From assembly GCA_002392285.1 (NCBI GenBank), contig DGGR01000021.1, forward strand, positions 1 through 13,711: a DNA stretch of 13,711 nucleotides, read 5' to 3'. The first letter of the stretch is position 1, and each line of letters starts with the position of its first letter. The DNA comes from Verrucomicrobia bacterium UBA3869 (GTDB taxonomy: Bacteria > Verrucomicrobiota > Verrucomicrobiia > Opitutales > UBA9783). The notes beneath the pieces are model-generated. The model did not search any database and was not told where the DNA came from. It worked only from the letters and a program-made list of their open reading frames with translations. Both the position numbers and the translations under genes were made by a program. Of the stretch, positions 7,437-13,711 are shown piece after piece.

Positions 7437-8482
7437 AAAGCTTCGTCTCGATTAACCCCATCAAGGATTTTCCCTTCCTCCGGTTGTGCCTTAGAATGTG
7501 ACATAAAATGTTGAAAGAGATAATCCTTCAACTCGGTTAACCCCTCACCGGTTTTGCAGGAAATCGGCAACACCTGAACCTTAACCGCTCGCTTAAAAGC
7601 AGCTAAATTAGCTTCAAAATCCGGCAAATCGAGCTTATTGGCCACCACAATAAATGGCTTATCCGCTAGATTTTTTCCGTAACACATCAACTCTTTACGT
7701 AAAATTTTAAAGTCATCAATCGGGTTACGCGCTTCACTTCCAGCCATATCCAAGAGCATGACCAACGCTTGACAGCGCTCGATATGGCGTAAAAACTGAT
7801 ACCCCAAACCTTTATTGTGGCTGGCGCCTTCAATAAGGCCCGGAATATCGGCTAAAAATAAATAACGATAATGGGAATCCGTTAATACCCCAACGCTCGG
7901 ATTAATGGTTGTAAACGGATAATGAGCAACCTTCGGTTGTGCACGCGTTAAGCAACTGATGAGCGACGACTTACCTGCATTGGGAAATCCAACCAACCCT
8001 ACATCAGCAATCGTTTTTAGCACCAACTTAAACCGTCCCTCTTCCCCCGGTTCACCAGGAGTAGTTTGGCGCGGCGCGCGATTAACTGAGTTTTTAAAAT
8101 GTAAATTGCCTAAGCCTCCCTTGCCGCCTTTTAAAATAACCACGCGGCTATTAACCTCCAAGACTTCGGTCACCAAGCGCTGGGTAGCGATATCCCACAC
8201 CTGGGTTCCCGGCGGTACCGATAAAATGCAATCCTCGCCCCCGCGCCCATAGCAGTCCGATCCCATACCATTTTGACCATTTTGAGCTTCTGCATGCGGT
8301 TTGTAGCTAAAATCCTGCAAGTCATTTACATGGGGAGAACATACCAAAATAACATCTCCGCCTTTGCCGCCATCACCGCCATCTGGTCCACCCATTGGAA
8401 TATACTTCCCCCGGTAGAAACTGCAGCATCCGTTTCCCCCGTGCCCCGCTTTCCAAATTACTTCAACTTCGTCAACAAACAT
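7433..8482 (-). CDS. obg: GTPase Obg/CgtA
   Basis: 349-aa ORF with the Obg fold N-terminus (MFVDEVEVIWKAGHGGNGCCSFYRGKYIPMGGPDGGDGGKGGDVIL). G1 is GFPNAGKSSL, G3 is DIPGLIEGA and G4 is NKLD. Confidence 0.95.
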   Translation of the reverse strand: MFVDEVEVIWKAGHGGNGCCSFYRGKYIPMGGPDGGDGGKGGDVILVCSPHVNDLQDFSYKPHAEAQNGQNGMGSDCYGRGGEDCILSVPPGTQVWDIATQRLVTEVLEVNSRVVILKGGKGGLGNLHFKNSVNRAPRQTTPGEPGEEGRFKLVLKTIADVGLVGFPNAGKSSLISCLTRAQPKVAHYPFTTINPSVGVLTDSHYRYLFLADIPGLIEGASHNKGLGYQFLRHIERCQALVMLLDMAGSEARNPIDDFKILRKELMCYGKNLADKPFIVVANKLDLPDFEANLAAFKRAVKVQVLPISCKTGEGLTELKDYLFQHFMSHSKAQPEEGKILDGVNRDEAL

Positions 8483-8484
8483 GG

Positions 8485-9072
8485 TTATTTCAACCCATGC
8501 GTAATAATTTCATCCGCTAAGCCGTACGCAATTGCTTCTTTAGCATTGAGATAAAAATCCCGATCCGTATCGTGCGTAATCTTTTCAATACTCTGACCCG
8601 AAGCATTCGCTAAAATTTGATTTAACTCTGCACGTGATTTTTCCATCTCTTGCGCTTGAATATGAATATCCACCGCTGAGGCTTCAATATGCCCCATAAT
8701 TAACGGCTGGTGAATCAAAACACGTGCATGAGGATACAAGAAACGGAAACCTTTTTTCGCACCGCACAACAAAATAGAACCCATACTGGCAGCCAATCCC
8801 ATAACAACCACGGAAATAGGCGACGATACTAACTGCATGGTATCATAAATAGCCATGCCGGCGGTAATAGAACCCCCCGGAGTATCGATATAAAACGTGA
8901 TAGGAGCCCCAGGTTTTTGCAGCTCTAAATAAATAAGTTTTTCAGTAATATCCTTCGCCGAACGATCCGTTACTTCCCCCCACAAAAAAATTTTTCGCTC
9001 TTGTAAGAAATGCTTCTCGATTAGCGTTGAAATAGGTTTTTCTACCGATTGTTCGTCTTCACCTGCCATCAT
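8485..9072 (-). CDS. clpP: ATP-dependent Clp protease proteolytic subunit ClpP (stand-alone, no clpX adjacent)
   Basis: 195-aa ORF with YIDTPGGSITAGMAIYDTM, catalytic Ser in GLAASMGS, His in LIHQP and Asp in TDRDFYL. It lies 2 nt upstream of obg. Confidence 0.93.
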   Translation of the reverse strand: MMAGEDEQSVEKPISTLIEKHFLQERKIFLWGEVTDRSAKDITEKLIYLELQKPGAPITFYIDTPGGSITAGMAIYDTMQLVSSPISVVVMGLAASMGSILLCGAKKGFRFLYPHARVLIHQPLIMGHIEASAVDIHIQAQEMEKSRAELNQILANASGQSIEKITHDTDRDFYLNAKEAIAYGLADEIITHGLK

Positions 9073-9187
9073 ACTTTCATAAAGTAAATTACAAACACAA
9101 ATAGCAACCTAAAACGAAAATCCATTAGATAAAAATGGGTTTTAAGGGTTGCAATAGAAGAAATTTATAGATAACGTAATAACTGCT

Positions 9188-10180
9188 ATGGGCGATCTAT
9201 TAAAAATTTGCTTAAAATGCCTCAAGGAGCTGATTAAATCCATTTCTCCTTTGCTCTATTTATGCAATAAATTGTCCCTTAAAAAAACCGGATGGTTATT
9301 GGATTATCGGTTGAAACCTCAATGGGTACATCAATACATCCAGTTTTTAAACAACCACCATTCATCCTTAAAAATTCACTTTTTGGATATTGGCTCTCGA
9401 GATGGCATTGAAGACAGTGGGATTTTTTCTAGCTTACAATGGCTAAATAACAAAATCACGTATGGAGTTGAACCTGACCCAGAAGAAGCCGAACATCTCA
9501 TCCAAAAGCATGCGTACGATAAAATTTATACCGATGCCATAGCAGGTTATACTGGCGAAGGTACTTTGTATATACCAGAATCAACCCCTGCTTTCGCTTC
9601 TCTAGGTATTGAATTAGAAAATCTCAAATCATTACACCTTTCCTGCGCTTCTTTTTGCGAACCCATGAAATGCGTACCCGTAAAGGTCAAAAAAATGAGT
9701 GAAGCAATCGGTTCGCAAACCTTCGATTTTATCAAATTAGATATTCATGGAGCTGAATACGATGCTTTAGCATCCTTAGATGATTCTTTTTTCGAAAAAG
9801 CCCTATGTTTTCATATTGAAACCTGCGCTATTCACTTCTTTAAAAGTGAACACCTAATGGGCGACTTGCTTAATTTTATGCACAGCAAAGGTTTTGTTCC
9901 TTTGTATACCGAACCATTACCTTTTGATGGAATGGATATGTGGTACAATATTACCTTCATTCAGAATCCAGCCAAAATGACTACGCTGGATCAATGTCTA
10001 AAACATTGTCTCATTGGATTCATGGCCAATAAACCGCATTACGTCGCCTATATCCTAAGGATATATCAGGAAAAATTTGGAGTTACCACCGAGCTTGATC
10101 CAATTTTTAAGCTCCTACGATCCCCCAGCATTCCTCCTTCCTTTTACGAAAAGAAATTTGGCACCCCCAAACACACTTAA
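9188..10180 (+). CDS. FkbM-family (Methyltransf_21-like) SAM-dependent methyltransferase with ~80-aa uncharacterised C-terminal extension
   Basis: 330-aa ORF with a SAM motif-I-like segment (HFLDIGSRDGIE) followed by YGVEPDPEE. It also has AIAGYTGEGTLYI and the family-typical FDFIKLDIHGAEYDALASL. It is visibly more AT-rich than its neighbours. A paralog begins at 13472. Confidence 0.7.
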   Translation: MGDLLKICLKCLKELIKSISPLLYLCNKLSLKKTGWLLDYRLKPQWVHQYIQFLNNHHSSLKIHFLDIGSRDGIEDSGIFSSLQWLNNKITYGVEPDPEEAEHLIQKHAYDKIYTDAIAGYTGEGTLYIPESTPAFASLGIELENLKSLHLSCASFCEPMKCVPVKVKKMSEAIGSQTFDFIKLDIHGAEYDALASLDDSFFEKALCFHIETCAIHFFKSEHLMGDLLNFMHSKGFVPLYTEPLPFDGMDMWYNITFIQNPAKMTTLDQCLKHCLIGFMANKPHYVAYILRIYQEKFGVTTELDPIFKLLRSPSIPPSFYEKKFGTPKHT

Positions 10181-10199
10181 TGCCTAACAATCGATAAGG

Positions 10200-11552
10200 T
10201 TAGTGTTGATTCGCAGCGTACGCCTTAAGCTTATTGCTCAACGTACGGGTGGTAATGTTTAAAATCGATGCTGTGCGTGTTCGGTTGCCCTTTGTATGTT
10301 CCAACACGCGCAAAATATGGCGTTTTTCAACCTCATTCAGCGGTAACAGCTCACATACATCGTTATTCTTTGCAGCGGCAGTTTCGGCGTTAATATTTAA
10401 CATTTTTGGCTCAATACTCGGCGAACCGTTGGATAAAATAACCGCACGCTCAACCACGTTTTGCAATTCTCGAACGTTACCCGGCCAGTTGTACGCCATC
10501 AATGCTTGCTTAGCGGAATCAGAAAAGCCATTCAAAGGAATCCCGTACTTCTTCTGATATCGATTCAAAAAATCATTCGCCAATAACAAAATATCTCCCC
10601 CGCGTTCCCTCAAAGGAGGAACATGGATAGGAAATACGTTTAAGCGATAGAACAAATCTTCACGAAACTTACCGGCCTTAATCGCATTGTGTAAATCTTG
10701 ATTCGTAGAAGCCAACACGCGGACATTTAAGGTGATGCTTTCCGATCCCCCAACGCGCTCACATTTCTTTTCTTGTAACACGCGCAACAATTTTGCCTGC
10801 AAGTTTGGGGAAACTTCCCCGATTTCATCGAGCAAAATCGTACCATTGTTCGCCAATTCAAAGCGCCCTATCCGCCGCTGCAAAGCATGAGTAAAGGCTC
10901 CACGTTCATGGCCGAAAAACTCGCTTTCAATTAAATTTTCGGGAATGGCAGCACAGTTAACGGTTACGTACGGTTTGTCGCATAAATGGCTTTGTTTGTA
11001 AATTTCGTACGCAACCACCTCCTTACCCGTTCCATTTTCACCGGTAATCAACACGGTTGCATCAGTTGAGGCTACTTTTTGGATCAATGAACGGACGGTC
11101 TTAATCGCCTCACATTCACCCAACAAACAATTATCTTCATCGCGACTCGAGAAGAAATGATTAACCTGTGATAGGTGTCGATAAACCTCAGCCTTTTTCA
11201 ACACCATATCCACTTCGGATAAGGAAAATGGTTTTAAAATGCAGTCGAACGCACCTGCTTTTAAGCAACTAACACCCAAATCAATGAATTTATAATCCAG
11301 TACAACCGCAATCAACGGTTTTTCATTCGTAGAAGGTACCTCATTGAGGTCGCTCAAGAGATCAATTCCTTGCCCATCCGGGAAATGCGTACCGAGAAAA
11401 ACTAAATCGAAATCATCCTGATGCACACACAATTTGGCTTTAGATAAGGTAGAAACACAAACGGTCTTACAGCGATAATGTTGCAATTGTTCCTGCAACG
11501 CTTTTTGAACCGAAGGCTCATTATTTGCTATTAGAATTTTCTCAATTCGCAT
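10200..11552 (-). CDS. Sigma-54-dependent transcriptional activator (NtrC-family EBP) with degenerate receiver domain
   Basis: 450-aa ORF. It has a REC-like N-terminal domain, then an AAA+ core (Walker A GENGTGKE, Walker B ILLDEIGE, loop GAFTHA, FREDLFYRL, NWPGNVRELQN). The C-terminus has a Fis-type HTH (GNRTRTASILNITTRTLSNKLKAY). Confidence 0.9.
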   Translation of the reverse strand: MRIEKILIANNEPSVQKALQEQLQHYRCKTVCVSTLSKAKLCVHQDDFDLVFLGTHFPDGQGIDLLSDLNEVPSTNEKPLIAVVLDYKFIDLGVSCLKAGAFDCILKPFSLSEVDMVLKKAEVYRHLSQVNHFFSSRDEDNCLLGECEAIKTVRSLIQKVASTDATVLITGENGTGKEVVAYEIYKQSHLCDKPYVTVNCAAIPENLIESEFFGHERGAFTHALQRRIGRFELANNGTILLDEIGEVSPNLQAKLLRVLQEKKCERVGGSESITLNVRVLASTNQDLHNAIKAGKFREDLFYRLNVFPIHVPPLRERGGDILLLANDFLNRYQKKYGIPLNGFSDSAKQALMAYNWPGNVRELQNVVERAVILSNGSPSIEPKMLNINAETAAAKNNDVCELLPLNEVEKRHILRVLEHTKGNRTRTASILNITTRTLSNKLKAYAANQH

Positions 11553-11618
11553 AATGAGAATAAATTTAGTATAGCTGTTTTACCTAACAAAATCAATTAA
11601 AACAACCCACCTAACCCA

Positions 11619-11652
11619 TTGAAGCATCCCGCCTAATGGATAAAATATTGCC
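11619..11652 (+). promoter_or_regulatory. Candidate mutL promoter region with overlapping sigma-70-like (TTGAAG-N16-TAAAAT) and sigma-54-like (TGG-N9-TTGC) elements
   Basis: The sigma-70 reading is TTGAAG (11619-11624), N16, TAAAAT (11641-11646). The sigma-54 reading is TGGATAAAATATTGCC (11637-11652), with GG at 11638-39 and GC at 11650-51, exactly 10 nt between them as in the -24/-12 consensus. The mutL ATG is at 11684. The two readings are mutually compatible or competing, and neither is tested. Confidence 0.3.
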
Positions 11653-11683
11653 TGATCAACCCTAATGCTTGTACTTTTAAATT

Positions 11684-13465
11684 ATGCCAACAATTCACCT
11701 ATTAGCCAATACGATTGCTAACCAAATCGCTGCCGGCGAAGTTATTGAGCGCCCTGCAAATGTTGTAAAAGAATTGTTGGAAAACAGCCTAGATGCCAGA
11801 GCATCGCGCATCAATATTCAGTTTTCTTCAGGGGGGACCAACCTCATTTCGATTAGTGATAATGGAATCGGTATGGATGCAGTGGATGCGCTACAGTGCT
11901 TTAACACCCATGCAACCAGTAAATTGCAAACCTTTCGGGATCTGCAACACCTAAAGTCTTTTGGATTCCGCGGCGAAGCGCTTCCGTCGATTGCTAGCGT
12001 TGCACAAGTAACTTTAGTTACCCGCACTCAAGATCAAGAATTAGGTACCCGCGTCGAAATCGATGGCGAACTAAAACCAAAGCAAATGCCCTGCGCTTGC
12101 AATGTAGGAACCACGATAATCGTCAAGCACCTGTTTTATAACCTACCAGTGCGCCGCACATTTTTAAAATCCGAATACACCGAAAATGCGCACATTATCG
12201 ATTGCGTACGCTTGTATGCCGTAGCTTATCCCCAAATACAGTTGGAATTAAAGCAGGACGCATCGCTTATCTTTTCTTCCTCTCCTTGCTCTACGATCGA
12301 ACAGCGCATCCATGAAATTTGGCCCAAACAAAATGCAAAAACCTGGATTCCTCTGCAGTACGAATCCAAAATCGGTTCCTTATCTGGCGTTATCAGTACC
12401 CCTGGAGCAGGAGAGACCAGTTCGCAAGCGATTCGTATTTTTCTCAATCAACGACCCATTGCACAAAGTGCGTTTTCGCGCGCTATTCTTGAAGGTTACC
12501 AAGGATTTATTCCCCCTCAACTCTTCCCATCGGTCTTCCTATTTTTAACGCTTCCGCCCAATACCTTTGATGTCAATGTTCATCCGATGAAAAAAGAGGT
12601 GCGGTTTAAGCAAGAAGCTGCTGTTCATTCGCTCATCATAGATGCCATCCGTAAAACGTTAACCGATCATCAAAGTGCCAGCGTAAGCATTCAAAGCGTA
12701 CCGATGCCCCCAAAACCCAACGCACCTGAGCCATCGGTCGATGCTAAACCCAAACCGACCCAATCAGTGGATATTGCTCGTTGGGTTTCCAATCCTGTAG
12801 CGAAGAACCCAACCCAGCCGCAATCGGTTGCATCGGTTTCTAACCCCCGTAGGGATCAACAAACTCCTACGGTACAACCACCCATGGTTGAAACCCCTGT
12901 GTTTCCTCTGAAGCTGATTACCGTGTGGCAAAACCGCTATGCTTTCTTTGACGAAAGCCCGATTTTGGTCATCCTGGATTGCAAAGGGGCTCAAATGCGC
13001 ATTTGGTACGAACGCATCGTGCGCCTTTTGAAAAAAGAGCAAGTTGGCCCCCTACAAACCTTATTATACCCGTACGTATTCTCGCTGGACGGCCCGCAAG
13101 CAATAGCCTTTGCAGAAGCTATTGATTACCTAAATCTCCGAAAAGTCTGTCTCGCAAAAGCGTTACCAACCGGTCAATTTCAAATCGATGCCATCCCTCA
13201 ATGGCTCCCCTTGGAACAAATCCAATTGTTCGTCCATCAAACCTCGCACGCGCTCATCGAATGGGGACAAATGCAATCCATCGAACGACAATTGAATCCT
13301 TTACTGTTGAAGTTGGTGCAGCAACAGAAATTTCAAGAAGTTACGACCGCCGAACAGGTTAAATCCATCTGCGAAGAGCTTAAAACCTGCTCGAATTACG
13401 TTACAACCCCCAATGGCTCTTCCATTTGGAATCGACTTCCTCCACAAGAGCTATTAAAAGGTTAA
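11684..13465 (+). CDS. mutL: DNA mismatch repair protein MutL (C-terminal domain without endonuclease motifs)
   Basis: 593-aa ORF with GHKL ATPase motifs: IAAGEVIERPANVVKELLENSLDA, SDNGIGM, FGFRGEAL, GTTIIVKHLFYNLPVRRTFLKS. A P/Q-rich linker spans aa ~335-405. The C-terminal dimerisation domain carries the clamp-type motif QTLLYP. Confidence 0.93.
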   Translation: MPTIHLLANTIANQIAAGEVIERPANVVKELLENSLDARASRINIQFSSGGTNLISISDNGIGMDAVDALQCFNTHATSKLQTFRDLQHLKSFGFRGEALPSIASVAQVTLVTRTQDQELGTRVEIDGELKPKQMPCACNVGTTIIVKHLFYNLPVRRTFLKSEYTENAHIIDCVRLYAVAYPQIQLELKQDASLIFSSSPCSTIEQRIHEIWPKQNAKTWIPLQYESKIGSLSGVISTPGAGETSSQAIRIFLNQRPIAQSAFSRAILEGYQGFIPPQLFPSVFLFLTLPPNTFDVNVHPMKKEVRFKQEAAVHSLIIDAIRKTLTDHQSASVSIQSVPMPPKPNAPEPSVDAKPKPTQSVDIARWVSNPVAKNPTQPQSVASVSNPRRDQQTPTVQPPMVETPVFPLKLITVWQNRYAFFDESPILVILDCKGAQMRIWYERIVRLLKKEQVGPLQTLLYPYVFSLDGPQAIAFAEAIDYLNLRKVCLAKALPTGQFQIDAIPQWLPLEQIQLFVHQTSHALIEWGQMQSIERQLNPLLLKLVQQQKFQEVTTAEQVKSICEELKTCSNYVTTPNGSSIWNRLPPQELLKG

Positions 13466-13471
13466 TATAAT

Positions 13472-13711
13472 ATGCACAATTTTGTTAAAAATATTATAAA
13501 ATCCATACAACCTTTAAGACGTGTAGTTAACTACATTCGCATTAATAGAAACTTAAATGCAATTGCCTCTTATCCTATTACAAATTACAAGATTAAAAGC
13601 TTTATTCGCTTTCTAAATAACTATTATCCTGATCTCCATATCAACTATTTAGATATCGGTGCCTCTGGGGGATTAGAAGATAGCCGCATTCCTCTTTTTA
13701 AATATTTTAAC
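13472..13711 (+). CDS. FkbM-type methyltransferase paralog, 5' fragment (80 codons; continues beyond the right edge)
   Basis: Not in the ORF track. The ATG at 13472 lies 6 nt after the mutL stop and the frame is open to the window end: MHNFVKNIIKSIQPLRRVVNYIRINRNLNAIASYPITNYKIKSFIRFLNNYYPDLHINYLDIGASGGLEDSRIPLFKYFN. It aligns to residues ~15-87 of the 9188..10180 protein: IKSI.PL, (Y/F)I.FLNN, L.I..LDIG and G(I/L)EDS are shared. Confidence 0.55.
   Translation, partial: MHNFVKNIIKSIQPLRRVVNYIRINRNLNAIASYPITNYKIKSFIRFLNNYYPDLHINYLDIGASGGLEDSRIPLFKYFN

Noticed and set aside
9117-9143. AT-rich hairpin AAAATCCAT-N9-ATGGGTTTT (9 bp including one G-U) in the clpP/methyltransferase intergenic region.
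   Set aside because: It is nearly all A-T pairs and so of very low stability. No upstream plus-strand gene needs terminating there, and the minus-strand version has a C-A mismatch. It could be an operator, but nothing supports that.
9136-9153. Sigma-54-like TGGGTTTTAAGGGTTGCA upstream of the first methyltransferase gene.
   Set aside because: The GG-to-GC spacing is 11 or 12 nt, depending on which GG is used, rather than the obligatory 10. Sigma-54 promoters do not tolerate this shift.
9135-9170. An 11-codon mini-ORF (MGFKGCNRRNL*) upstream of the methyltransferase gene, considered as a possible leader peptide.
   Set aside because: There is no ribosome-binding signal, no regulatory codon run and no associated attenuator structure. 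It is indistinguishable from chance in AT-rich DNA.
9188-10180. The idea that the FkbM-like methyltransferases are DNA methyltransferases supplying strand discrimination for the nuclease-less MutL.
   Set aside because: I found no (D/N/S)PP(Y/F/W) catalytic motif; the only PP is in SIPPSFY near the C-terminus, which does not fit. The overall motif order also matches FkbM-type small-molecule or glycan O-methyltransferases. Adjacency to mutL alone is not evidence.
10181-10199. Short inverted repeat CTAAC-N10-GTTAG (with central ATCGAT) between the convergent methyltransferase and activator genes, considered as a bidirectional terminator.
   Set aside because: The stem is only 5 bp with a 10-nt loop and there are no flanking U-runs, which is too weak to call a rho-independent terminator.
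12680-12900. Repetitive P/Q/S-rich stretch in mutL (PTQSVD.., PTQPQSVASVSNP.., KPNAPEP..KPKPTQ), considered as a possible inserted repeat or separate domain.
   Set aside because: It occupies the position of the normally disordered, poorly conserved linker between the MutL ATPase and dimerisation domains. It is in frame and unremarkable for this family.
300-13042. Sixteen short ORFs in the track (60-107 aa), all overlapping the large CDSs on the opposite strand. They are 300..482, 1354..1665, 2261..2479, 2263..2517, 3621..3872, 4056..4316, 6299..6502, 6782..7039, 7959..8252, 8273..8554, 9547..9735, 10234..10557, 11818..12027, 12226..12447, 12312..12548 and 12764..13042.
   Set aside because: Most lie wholly inside a longer ORF with clear family motifs, and two straddle gene ends or junctions. 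Their translations are low-complexity or R/P/S-rich, as is typical of antisense shadow frames. None has recognisable motifs or its own intergenic context.
1-13711. A search by eye for tRNA, rRNA and other structured RNA genes, CRISPR repeats, IS or transposase ends, integrases, and toxin-antitoxin or defence-type genes.
   Set aside because: None was found. The three intergenic gaps longer than 20 nt are only 81-131 nt. They contain no cloverleaf-compatible or conserved ncRNA motifs, no spaced direct-repeat arrays and no terminal inverted repeats.

Overview
This is a gene-dense bacterial chromosomal window of roughly mid-40s % G+C, with weak or absent Shine-Dalgarno signals and mostly housekeeping genes packed 2-14 nt apart or overlapping. 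The minus strand carries two operon-like runs. The first is kdsC, tsaD, a fused murC-murB, ddl, ftsQ and an unlisted membrane ORF that runs off the left edge. The second is clpP, obg and a divergent tsaB-like gene. The plus strand carries an ion-transporter-superfamily permease, an FkbM-type methyltransferase, mutL, and the 5' end of a second FkbM-type paralog (13472..13711) that the ORF track omits because it runs off the right edge. A sigma-54-dependent enhancer-binding protein (EBP) lies on the minus strand between the first methyltransferase and mutL. I saw no rRNA, tRNA, CRISPR, IS element, or recognisable defence or toxin genes. Gene content and order suggest a PVC or chlamydia-like organism; this is inference only, from murC..ddl..ftsQ with no ftsA after ftsQ, a stand-alone ClpP and a Kdo-pathway gene. 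I do not see a convincing, wholly new multi-gene system. The most unusual items are (1) the MurC-MurB fusion, with an RF2-like CUU-U+stop site in its overlap with ddl; (2) a sigma-54 activator with a dead receiver domain and a GAFTHA loop; (3) an exact-spacing -24/-12-like element in front of mutL; (4) a MutL lacking all endonuclease motifs; (5) two AT-rich methyltransferase paralogs bracketing the activator-mutL pair; and (6) an octamer seen by eye only in intergenic DNA. All functional calls come from motif recognition by eye and need database confirmation.
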